DNA of 56,868 bases, taken from NCBI GenBank assembly GCA_005882715.1, contig VBEI01000094.1, positions 1-56,868 on the forward strand. Reading direction: 5' to 3'. Both the position numbers and the translations under genes were made by a program. This DNA is from Chloroflexota bacterium. Lineage in GTDB: Bacteria; Chloroflexota; Dehalococcoidia; SM23-28-2; RBG-16-64-32. The notes under the pieces were generated by a model. That model was not told the DNA's origin. It did no database searches and saw nothing but the letters and a program-made list of their open reading frames with translations. Below, in pieces: positions 1 to 6,767 of this stretch. The number at the start of each line of letters is the position of its first letter. The first letter of the stretch is position 1.

Positions 1-201
1 CATTGCGTGCTGCCCGGCTTCGATGGCGCGAATGGCGGCGAAGAGGGCGTTGCGGGCGGGCGCGTTCGAGTCGTCCGCCAGGTCGCGGCGGCGGTGGTAC
101 GCGTACAGCATGCGGAACTGGTTCTGAGTCGAGCCCTTGTGAGAGCGCGGGATGTGCGAGAGCTCTTCGTCGATCAGGCGAGTCATGACGGCAGCTTTCA
201 T
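1..201 (-). CDS. hypothetical protein, N-terminal part (gene runs off the left edge)
   Basis: The frame is open from the ATG (199-201, minus) to the window edge: MKAAVMTRLIDEELSHIPRSHKGSTQNQFRMLYAYHRRRDLADD... Third codon positions are G/C-rich like the neighbouring genes. It starts 3 nt after the micro-ORF stop. It is absent from the ORF track because it is truncated. No family recognised. Confidence 0.4.
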   Translation of the reverse strand, partial: MKAAVMTRLIDEELSHIPRSHKGSTQNQFRMLYAYHRRRDLADDSNAPARNALFAAIRAIEAGQHAM

Positions 202-204
202 TGA

Positions 205-294
205 TTACTGGTCGCTGTCCCGGCCGATGGCCACTCTCCAGGACCAAATGAGCAGGGCGATGAGCGCGATGGTGGCCAGCTCCGCAGGTGTCAT
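205..294 (-). CDS. micro-ORF, 29-aa predicted single-pass membrane peptide
   Basis: The ATG (292-294) overlaps the nrdR TGA (291-293) as ATGA. It encodes MTPAELATIALIALLIWSWRVAIGRDSDQ, a hydrophobic core followed by a charged tail, with TAA at 205-207. It is below the 60-aa track cut-off and translation is unproven. Confidence 0.3.
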   Translation of the reverse strand: MTPAELATIALIALLIWSWRVAIGRDSDQ

Positions 295-902
295 TGGGCC
301 CTCCTTTGCTGCTTCTTCTCCGGCTCGGCGTCGGTCTTGGCGCGGGCAGACGCCCGCCCGCCTGGGCGGCGTACGCGCAGGATGCGCGCGGAAGCTGTCT
401 TCGGTGTCAGATCGGGCAGGAGCGCGAGCTGATCGGGCGGAATGTCGGGCCGGCGCCAGCCCGCCTTCAGCGCCTCAAGCTCCTGCTCCAGTTCGTCGAC
501 GTCGGCGAAGGCGCGGTAGACGGAGGCGAAGCGGATGTAGGCGATGTGGTCCAGCGCTTTCAGGCGCTCCATGACCAGCTCGCCGACGACGCTGGACGGC
601 ACCTCTGCGCGGTTCATCGCGAAGACCGCCTGCTCGACCTCATCCGCCAGCGCCTCGACGGCGCCGGACGGGATCGGGCGCTTGTCGCACGCCTTGCGCA
701 TGCCGGCGATCACTTTCACGCGATCAAACGCCTCGCGCCGGCCGTCCTTCTTGATCAGCACAACGCCGCCGAGCTCCACACGCTCGAGCGTGGTGAAACG
801 GCGGCCGCAGGCGAGGCATTCGCGGCGGCGGCGGATGCCGTCTTGTTCCGGGCGGGAATCGGTGACCTTTGTCTCGGCCTGAGCGCAGAAAGGGCAGTTC
901 AT
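291..902 (-). CDS. nrdR: transcriptional repressor NrdR
   Basis: 203-aa ORF. An N-terminal zinc ribbon (CPFC...CLACGRRFTT) is followed by an ATP-cone-like segment (LIKKDGRREAFDRVKV...IAYIRFASVY). This is the NrdR architecture. Confidence 0.93.
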   Translation of the reverse strand: MNCPFCAQAETKVTDSRPEQDGIRRRRECLACGRRFTTLERVELGGVVLIKKDGRREAFDRVKVIAGMRKACDKRPIPSGAVEALADEVEQAVFAMNRAEVPSSVVGELVMERLKALDHIAYIRFASVYRAFADVDELEQELEALKAGWRRPDIPPDQLALLPDLTPKTASARILRVRRPGGRASARAKTDAEPEKKQQRRAQ

Positions 903-909
903 GTGCGGC

Positions 910-1095
910 CTAGGGAATCTCGACCTGCCGCGCGGGCATGCTGACTGTGCGCTCGGGTACGTTCAAAGTCCGGCTGGGTAAGCTAACGGTTCGTCCGCGC
1001 AGACTAAAGGTTCGGCTGGGGATGTGCACCGTGCGGCTCGGGATCCTTACGTCTCGCGCTGGCAGATACTTGGTCCGCTTGAGTTTGTTTGGCAT
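910..1095 (-). CDS. 61-aa basic protein built from seven heptapeptide repeats (unknown function)
   Basis: ATG at 1093-1095 with GAGGGG 8 nt upstream. Sequence: MPNKLKRTKY + LPARDVR IPSRTVH IPSRTFS LRGRTVS LPSRTLN VPERTVS MPARQVE + IP. The 21-nt units differ largely at third codon positions while P/R/T/V are kept, which argues for translation. The track ORF 910..1179 starts at a less likely upstream ATG. Confidence 0.55.
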   Translation of the reverse strand: MPNKLKRTKYLPARDVRIPSRTVHIPSRTFSLRGRTVSLPSRTLNVPERTVSMPARQVEIP

Positions 1096-1150
1096 TTTCG
1101 TAGCCCCTCGCGCCACCTGTTGAACCCCCACTCTCAGCGGCGCAAGACGA

Positions 1151-1203
1151 ACATTAGCACTATATATTGTAGTTGTCAAGCCGTCACGAGCTACATTTTG
1201 TGG
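1151..1203 (-). promoter_or_regulatory. sigma70-like promoter with two NrdR-box-like 16-mers
   Basis: Minus strand: TTGACA (1179-1174), 17-nt spacer, TAATGT (1156-1151). The spacer holds GCACTATATATTGTAG (1157-1172), which matches 12/16 of the NrdR-box palindrome as I remember it (ACACTATATATAGTGT). A weaker copy, GAGCTACATTTTGTGG (1188-1203), lies 31 bp away centre to centre. Confidence 0.35.
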
Positions 1204-1219
1204 TTATCCACATGTGTGG
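1199..1219. promoter_or_regulatory. operator-like inverted repeats TGTGG-N4-CCACA-N2-TGTGG
   Basis: Three alternating 5-nt half sites read directly from the sequence, about 50 bp upstream of the PIN gene ATG. Confidence 0.3.
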
Positions 1220-1268
1220 AGAAGCCGTGTTGGCGGATGTTCGGTGCTATGCTCGCTGATGTTGAGAC

Positions 1269-1697
1269 ATGCGCATCGCAATCGACACGAACGTCCTCAT
1301 CGCCGCCCTGACCCGTACCGGCGGCACGAGCGCGCGCATCGCGCAGGCATGGCTTGATGGCCGGCTCGAGGTCGTCGCCTCTCCGGCGACGATCCGCGAA
1401 GCGGAGCTCGTCCTCGGTGGCGGCTGGCTGGCGCGAATGGTGTCGCCGGAATCGATCGAGTCGCTGCTAGATGCGCTCCAGACGCGAAGCGTGCTGATCG
1501 AGCGACCGCCACAGGTCCTGGATCTACGTTTGAAGGACGCCGGTGATCTACGGCTGGTGGAAGCGGCTGTCTCCGGTGGCGCGCGTTACATCGTGACGAC
1601 AGACCGGGAGTTCCTGCGTGCGCGCGGCTATGCGGGTGTTGAGTTCGTCACGCCCGCGGAGTTCGAACGCCTTCTCCGGGAAGCTGACATTGAGTGA
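1269..1697 (+). CDS. PIN-domain ribonuclease (toxin-like, no adjacent antitoxin seen)
   Basis: 142 aa. The acidic residues typical of PIN nucleases are present in IAIDTNVLI, KDAGDLRLVEAA and IVTTDREF. Confidence 0.8.
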   Translation: MRIAIDTNVLIAALTRTGGTSARIAQAWLDGRLEVVASPATIREAELVLGGGWLARMVSPESIESLLDALQTRSVLIERPPQVLDLRLKDAGDLRLVEAAVSGGARYIVTTDREFLRARGYAGVEFVTPAEFERLLREADIE

Positions 1698-1935
1698 TAG
1701 AAGATTGCAAGCCGCCTAGCCCAGAGACCCGTAGCGGTTCGAACTCGGCACTCCGGAACATGCAACCAAAATACTGTGGCTTTACGGCTTTCGATGAGTA
1801 GGAGTGCTGTCTGGATGGTTCGTCGCCTGCGCGGGCAAGTCAGGATCTTCGGCGTGGATTACAATGACCGGCGCATGCCGTGTCCGGTGAATCGATAGGT
1901 AAGGGATTGGCTAAGCATCATAGAGGAGGTCTGAT

Positions 1936-2100
1936 ATGTGCATTAGCTGCGGTTGCGACGAGCCTGAGGCCAACCACGGCAACCCCAAACACATCACTCT
2001 GCAGCAGCTGAAGGACGCTGCTGAGGCGGCCGAAGTGGACATGACCCAGCTCGTGAAGAACATCGACCAGGGTCTCAAGAGGTACGGAGGCGCCAAGTAA
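1936..2100 (+). CDS. 54-aa Cys-rich small protein (CxxCxC N-terminus)
   Basis: ATG at 1936 with GAGGAGG 5 nt upstream. Sequence: MCISCGCDEPEANHGNPKHITLQQLKDAAEAAEVDMTQLVKNIDQGLKRYGGAK. A hairpin terminator follows. It is below the ORF-track cut-off. Confidence 0.55.
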   Translation: MCISCGCDEPEANHGNPKHITLQQLKDAAEAAEVDMTQLVKNIDQGLKRYGGAK

Positions 2101-2138
2101 GACGCGGCTCTCTAGCGAGTCCCCGAACTCAATCAATC

Positions 2139-2164
2139 AACCCGGCGCCGCCGTCCGGGTTTTC
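2139..2164 (+). terminator. intrinsic terminator candidate
   Basis: AACCCGG - 9-nt loop - CCGGGTT, running into TTTT (2160-2163), 40 nt after the small ORF stop. Confidence 0.55.
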
Positions 2165-2195
2165 ACACTCGGCCGGCTGTTGTAGGAGGTCAGCC

Positions 2196-2702
2196 ATGAC
2201 GACCGGAAGCATCTGGAGTCAGAGGCCAGTTGTGGCAGGCCGCTGGACGTTAAAGGATGTCGTCCAGGGGAAGCCGTTCGGCCACCCCAGCCATCCACCG
2301 TTCGTGCACTTTCCCTCGGCGCTGCTGCCCGCCGCGTTGATCTTCGATGTCGCCTCGAGGCTCGATGCCGATCTTACGTTGACGCGCGCCGCCTTCTACG
2401 ACATCGTGCTCGGGCTTGTGGTCGCCGTTTTCGCGGCGACCACCGGCTTGGTGGACTACCTGCCGATGGTCGGCGGATCGCGCAAGAAGATCATTGGTAC
2501 GCGGCATTTGATCGCGCAGGTCTGCGCACTCGGCCTCTTCGCGGCCAGCCTGCTCCTGCGCACGTTCGACTTTGACGCCACACAAACGCCGCCCGCGCCA
2601 ATGCTGCTGGCTGCCGGCGGAGCTGTCGTGCTGACAATCGGCAACTATTTTGGAGGCACGCTGGTCTATCGCCAGGGAATGCGGGTGAGCGTCGACCTAT
2701 AA
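2196..2702 (+). CDS. DUF2231-family integral membrane protein
   Basis: 168 aa with GGAGG upstream. It has the HP(S/P)HPPFVHFP motif and several hydrophobic helices typical of DUF2231 proteins. Confidence 0.7.
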   Translation: MTTGSIWSQRPVVAGRWTLKDVVQGKPFGHPSHPPFVHFPSALLPAALIFDVASRLDADLTLTRAAFYDIVLGLVVAVFAATTGLVDYLPMVGGSRKKIIGTRHLIAQVCALGLFAASLLLRTFDFDATQTPPAPMLLAAGGAVVLTIGNYFGGTLVYRQGMRVSVDL

Positions 2703-2703
2703 T

Positions 2704-3117
2704 ATGCCGTCGAAGGAACCAGCCATGACTTCGCGAGAGAAGCTGCTCGAACCGTTCGTCCGCCGGAGGGCCGCTCTGCTCACGACCTACCGTCGCGACG
2801 GTACGCCCGTTGGTACGGCCGTCAACATCGCAGTCGACGGAGATCGTGCGTTTGTCCGCACACCGCACAGGACGGGGAAGGTCAAACGTCTCCGTAATAA
2901 TCCAAATGTCCAGATAGCGCCGTGTACGTATCTAGGCAAGCCGACAGGTCCCGCTTTCAGCGCGCAGGTGAGGTTGCTGTCCGGAGACGAGGCAAAGCAC
3001 GCCTCCAGGGCGCTCGTTCGAAAGTACCGTATTCTACAAGGCGTCCTCGTTCCACTTGCGCATCGGCTGACGCGCTCGAGGACGATGCACTACGAAGTGG
3101 TGCCGGTGGAGTCATAA
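2704..3117 (+). CDS. PPOX-class (pyridoxamine 5'-phosphate oxidase-like) probable F420-dependent enzyme
   Basis: 137 aa. LLTTYRRDGTPVGTAV...GKVKRLRNNPNVQIAPC...GKPTG resembles the Rv2061-type PPOX family as I remember it. Confidence 0.7.
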   Translation: MPSKEPAMTSREKLLEPFVRRRAALLTTYRRDGTPVGTAVNIAVDGDRAFVRTPHRTGKVKRLRNNPNVQIAPCTYLGKPTGPAFSAQVRLLSGDEAKHASRALVRKYRILQGVLVPLAHRLTRSRTMHYEVVPVES

Positions 3118-3288
3118 CCGGCCAGCCTCCGGTTGTAGGTCTGCCGCATTCAGCCCAGAGCGTGAGTTTGGATTGTCCGTTCCCGCGGGGGCTGGTTGTT
3201 ATGAATTTGTAATCCGAGGCGGTACCAGGGAATGTTTTGTGTTCGTTTGGGATATTTAGATAACAATCGGAACAAGAAGGAGGGACCG

Positions 3289-3813
3289 ATGAAGCGGCAC
3301 CAGTTTGTTGCGCTCGTCCCCATTGCTGTCTCTGTGGGACTTCTCGCGCTGGCCGTCGCCTGTGGAAGTAGCGAAGATAAGTCGACAGCCACCCTTTCGC
3401 CCTGTGCAACGTCTACGAAGTCCGCAGCCAGCCCGACGAGCACGGCAGCGCGCAGCGGCGCAGCGACCTCGCCGGCGGCGAGCGGAAGCCCGCGTACCGG
3501 ATCGGCAACTTCGCCGGCGGCCAGCAGCCCGGCAGCGCGCGCAGCAACAAGCGCCCCGGCCAGCGGCAGCGCGGCCGCGAGCGGCAGCAGCCCAGCGCGG
3601 AGCGGCTCGCCGAGCGCTGCTGCCAGTGGCTCGCCTGCCGGTACTACTCGGGCGGCGACGGCGACACCGTGCGCTTCGGCGGCGGCGACTGGCGCCGCGA
3701 GCGGATCACCGCGCACGACCGGAGGGACGTCCTCGCCGCGCGCGAGCGGAGCGGCGACGAGTCCTGCCGGCGCAACGAGTCCGGCGGCGCGAAGCCCAAG
3801 CCCGACCAGATAA
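3289..3813 (+). CDS. low-complexity Ala/Ser/Pro/Gly/Thr-rich lipoprotein
   Basis: ATG at 3289 with GAAGGAGGG upstream. Signal peptide MKRHQFVALVPIAVSVGLLALAVAC with a lipobox-like AVAC. The remainder is AS/SP/GS-rich low complexity. The large antisense ORF 3150..3842 is judged an artefact. Confidence 0.6.
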   Translation: MKRHQFVALVPIAVSVGLLALAVACGSSEDKSTATLSPCATSTKSAASPTSTAARSGAATSPAASGSPRTGSATSPAASSPAARAATSAPASGSAAASGSSPARSGSPSAAASGSPAGTTRAATATPCASAAATGAASGSPRTTGGTSSPRASGAATSPAGATSPAARSPSPTR

Positions 3814-3963
3814 CCGCTAACCGTTAATCGAGAAAGAGGCACGCCGCCGGGCTTTCTGGGAGGCCAGCAAGCTCGGCGGCGTCGGTTGTCACTTGCCGCA
3901 GGGTCGATCAGGTTCTATTTACGTCGCTCTGTCCCGCTTCCTTTCGTAAAAGGAGGCAATCAG

Positions 3964-5085
3964 TTAGCGGACCGATACGGGTCTGCGAAGAAACGTGGGC
4001 AGGTCCATATCGTCCTGGTTCTGCGCCGCCTCCTCTCTTATCCGCCGGAACTCTTCGTCCTCGGCCTGTGAGGCGTACCGCTCGCGTCCGTCGAAACCGG
4101 TGGCGATCAGCGTGATCTTCACTTCTTCGCCCAGCTCGGCGTCGGTCGAGGTCCCAAAGATGATCTCGGCTTCCGGATCCACGACCTCAGCGATGACCTG
4201 GGCCGCCATGTTGAGCTCGTGAAGGCCCATCGTTCCCGAGCTTGACACGTTGAAGAGCACGCCGCGCGCCCCGTGGATGTTCACGTCGAGCAGGGGGCTC
4301 GCTATGGCGGCCTGCGCAGCTTCGACGGCGCGGTTCTCGCCCTCGGCCCGGCCGATCGCCATCAATGCGGGACCGGCGTCGGACATGATGCGCCGGACGT
4401 CTGCGAAGTCGAGGTTGATGTCGCCGGGAGTCGTGATCACATCGGCGATGCCCTGGATTCCTTGCCGAAGCACGTCGTCCGCCATTGTGAACGCCTGGCT
4501 GACTGTCGCCTTCTGGTCACAGACCGCGAGGAGACGGTCATTTGGTATGACGATCAGCGTATCGACCTCCTCTGCGAGCTGTCCGATCCCTTGCTCCGCC
4601 TGCTGACGCCGCTTGGCGCCTTCGAACCCGAACGGTCGCGTCACCACTGCAACCGTCAGCGCACCGATATCCTTCGCCACGCCGGCGACGAGCGGCGCGC
4701 CGCCGGTGCCGGTTCCCCCGCCCATGCCGGCGGTGATGAACACCATGTCGGCGCCCTTGAGAGCGTCCTTGAGCTCCTCTCGCGACTCCTCGGCAGCAGC
4801 GCGCCCGCGGTCCGGGTCTCCGCCGACGCCGAGGCCGCGAGAGATCCTGTCGCCGATGCGAATGCGCGTCTCGGCGTCGCAGCGCATGAGGGCCTGGGCG
4901 TCCGTGTTGACGCCCACGAACTCCACGCCGGCGATGCTCGCCTGCACCATGCGGTTGACGGCATTGCAGCCGCCCCCTCCAACGCCGACCACTTTGATCG
5001 GCGGAAGGCCGTCTAGTTGAGCGCGTCGAGTCACCTCAACTCCTCCTTCCGTGTTGTCTTGTTCCAGCGCTTCGAATAGCTCCAT
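3964..5085 (-). CDS. ftsZ: cell division GTPase FtsZ
   Basis: VGVGGGGCNAVNRM, GVNTDAQAL and GMGGGTGTGGAP (tubulin signature), plus the C-terminal DLPTFLRR peptide. AAGGAGGG lies upstream of the ATG. Confidence 0.97.
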   Translation of the reverse strand: MELFEALEQDNTEGGVEVTRRAQLDGLPPIKVVGVGGGGCNAVNRMVQASIAGVEFVGVNTDAQALMRCDAETRIRIGDRISRGLGVGGDPDRGRAAAEESREELKDALKGADMVFITAGMGGGTGTGGAPLVAGVAKDIGALTVAVVTRPFGFEGAKRRQQAEQGIGQLAEEVDTLIVIPNDRLLAVCDQKATVSQAFTMADDVLRQGIQGIADVITTPGDINLDFADVRRIMSDAGPALMAIGRAEGENRAVEAAQAAIASPLLDVNIHGARGVLFNVSSSGTMGLHELNMAAQVIAEVVDPEAEIIFGTSTDAELGEEVKITLIATGFDGRERYASQAEDEEFRRIREEAAQNQDDMDLPTFLRRPVSVR

Positions 5086-5166
5086 GTACCCTCCTTAGAA
5101 TTGGACTGGTGGATTCTCAAAGGCTCTTCAATTCCCCGCCCCGCCCCACCCCCGAGAGGGAAGGGA

Positions 5167-5345
5167 GGGGGACACCCCCACACCCCCGGCCTGGCGGCGC
5201 CCGAATTGGGCTCGCTGCGCTGGCGCGAAGGTGGAAACTGGGGGACAATCCTCAGGCCCGCTGACCTGGTGGCGCCTGGAATTGGGCTCCTTGAGCCTGT
5301 GCGAAGATGGAAGCGAGGGGAACTTCCCCACACGTCTGGCCTTCG
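5167..5345. repeat. about 2.4 copies of a 73-77-bp tandem repeat in the ftsA-ftsZ spacer
   Basis: Units start at 5167, 5240 and 5317, each with GGGG(G)A(A)C. Shared blocks are CCTGG(C/T)GGCGCC, GAATTGGGCTC and GCGAAG(G/A)TGGAA. G5/C5 hairpins are present, e.g. GGGGGACACCCCC. Confidence 0.6.
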
Positions 5346-5466
5346 TTCCTCCCCTCAACGCCCCGCCCAGTCAGTACCCGCTCTGGCTGCGTCGTGCATG
5401 CTGTTTTTGAGCCGGGCCTCTCTCTCTCTGACTTCCAATCTCTGACCTCTTAACTCTAACTTCCTT

Positions 5467-5498
5467 ACTCCTAGCTCCTGGCTCTGGGTCCTACCTCG
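5467..5498. repeat. short CT-rich intergenic element, copy A
   Basis: ACTCCTAGCTCCTGGCTCTGGGTCCTACCTCG. Related copies lie at 21347-21379 and 28031-28060, with a fragment at 46621-46634. Confidence 0.4.
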
Positions 5499-5500
5499 TT

Positions 5501-6751
5501 CTACTTCGGGATCAGCGTCTTCAGCCACTTGCGCGCGGCCTCCATGGCGCCGTGGAGTTCCAGGGCGGGCAGGTGCAGCGGGCGCTTCGGCGGGTGTCCG
5601 TTCTCGCCGCCCTCCGCTTTCGCCCAGTGCAGTAGACCAACGCTTGTGGCGTAGGCCGGGTGGTTCAGCGAATCGGCGAGGCCGTGCACGCCGCGCGGGA
5701 CACCGGTACGCACGGGCAGCCGGAGGACCATCTCGGATAGCTCGCAGATCCCGGGAAGGCTCGCCGTCCCGCCGCTGAGGACAAGGCCGGCGGCCACCAT
5801 TTCGTCAAAGCCGGCGCGCTTTACGTCGATGTAAATCATCTCGAGGATCTCCTCGACGCGCGCCTGGAGGATCTCGGCGACGCGCCTTCGCGGCACCTCC
5901 TTCATCCGCTGGCCGCCGAACGCTTCTAGCTCAACCGTCTCTTCGGCGTCGATCTGGCTGGGCAACGCCGAGCCGTCTGTGACCTTGAGCTCCTCGACCT
6001 GCGAGAAGGGCGCCCTGAGACCCGCGACGAGGTCGTGGGTCAAGTGATATCCGCCGACGGGGAGCACGCAGGTATGGAACACCGTGCCATCCACAAAGAC
6101 GGCGATATTCGTCGTTCCCCCTCCGATATCGGCGAGGATGACGCCCTGCTCCTTCTCCTCGTCCTCGAGAACGGCTTCCGCGGCCGCAAGAGGCGCAAAG
6201 ACCAGCTCCTCGACCTGTACTCCGGCGCCCTCCACGCATTGGGTGAGGTTTTGGATGGCGGTCACGGACCCTGTCACGATGTGGGTGTCCATATCCAGCC
6301 GCTGGCCGAACATGCCGACAGGATCGCTGACGTGCTCTTGCCCGTCCACGATGAAGAATCGCGATATGTTGTGCAGTACCTCGCGGTTGGTCGGGAGGCT
6401 GAGCGACTTGGCGCCCTCCATCGCCCGATCGATGTCTTCCTCGGTGATCGGGCGCTGCTTGCCGGGAATCGTGCTGATGCCGCGGTTGTTAAGCGATGTC
6501 GTGTGGTTGCCGCCGATGCTCACGTGAGCCGACATAATGCGGCTGCCGCTCGACCGCTCAGCGCGCTCTACTGAGCTGCTAATAGCATCGGTGGCCTTCT
6601 GGATGTCGTCGACCATTCCCTTCTTCACACCCTGCGAAGGCGTGATTCCAACGCCGAGGACACGCAAGTCATCATCGGGAGTGACCTCGGCCACCAAGGT
6701 GCAGATCTTACTGCTCCCTACATCTATGCCGGCGAGTATATTGTCTCTCAA
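5501..6751 (-). CDS. ftsA: cell division protein FtsA
   Basis: 416 aa. Actin-like ATPase: GIDVGSSKICTLVAE and ADIGGGTTNIAVF. It sits between ftsQ and ftsZ. Confidence 0.95.
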   Translation of the reverse strand: MRDNILAGIDVGSSKICTLVAEVTPDDDLRVLGVGITPSQGVKKGMVDDIQKATDAISSSVERAERSSGSRIMSAHVSIGGNHTTSLNNRGISTIPGKQRPITEEDIDRAMEGAKSLSLPTNREVLHNISRFFIVDGQEHVSDPVGMFGQRLDMDTHIVTGSVTAIQNLTQCVEGAGVQVEELVFAPLAAAEAVLEDEEKEQGVILADIGGGTTNIAVFVDGTVFHTCVLPVGGYHLTHDLVAGLRAPFSQVEELKVTDGSALPSQIDAEETVELEAFGGQRMKEVPRRRVAEILQARVEEILEMIYIDVKRAGFDEMVAAGLVLSGGTASLPGICELSEMVLRLPVRTGVPRGVHGLADSLNHPAYATSVGLLHWAKAEGGENGHPPKRPLHLPALELHGAMEAARKWLKTLIPK

Positions 6752-6767
6752 CGCCGAACCTCCTGTC

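Noticed and set aside
1730-1750. tRNA-like GGTTCGAAC T-loop motif
   Set aside because: The flanking bases do not form a T-stem and no cloverleaf can be drawn. I found no tRNA anywhere in the window.
3150-3842. 230-aa ORF antisense to the lipoprotein gene
   Set aside because: It has no start context or signal. The sense frame has an SD, a signal peptide and a lipobox. The antisense openness is explained by GC-rich low-complexity sequence. I am less than fully certain; see the lipoprotein finding.
5167-5345. Possible CRISPR array in the ftsA-ftsZ spacer
   Set aside because: The repeat units are 73-77 bp, directly abutting and only about 70% similar. There are no unique spacers between short identical repeats, and no cas genes.
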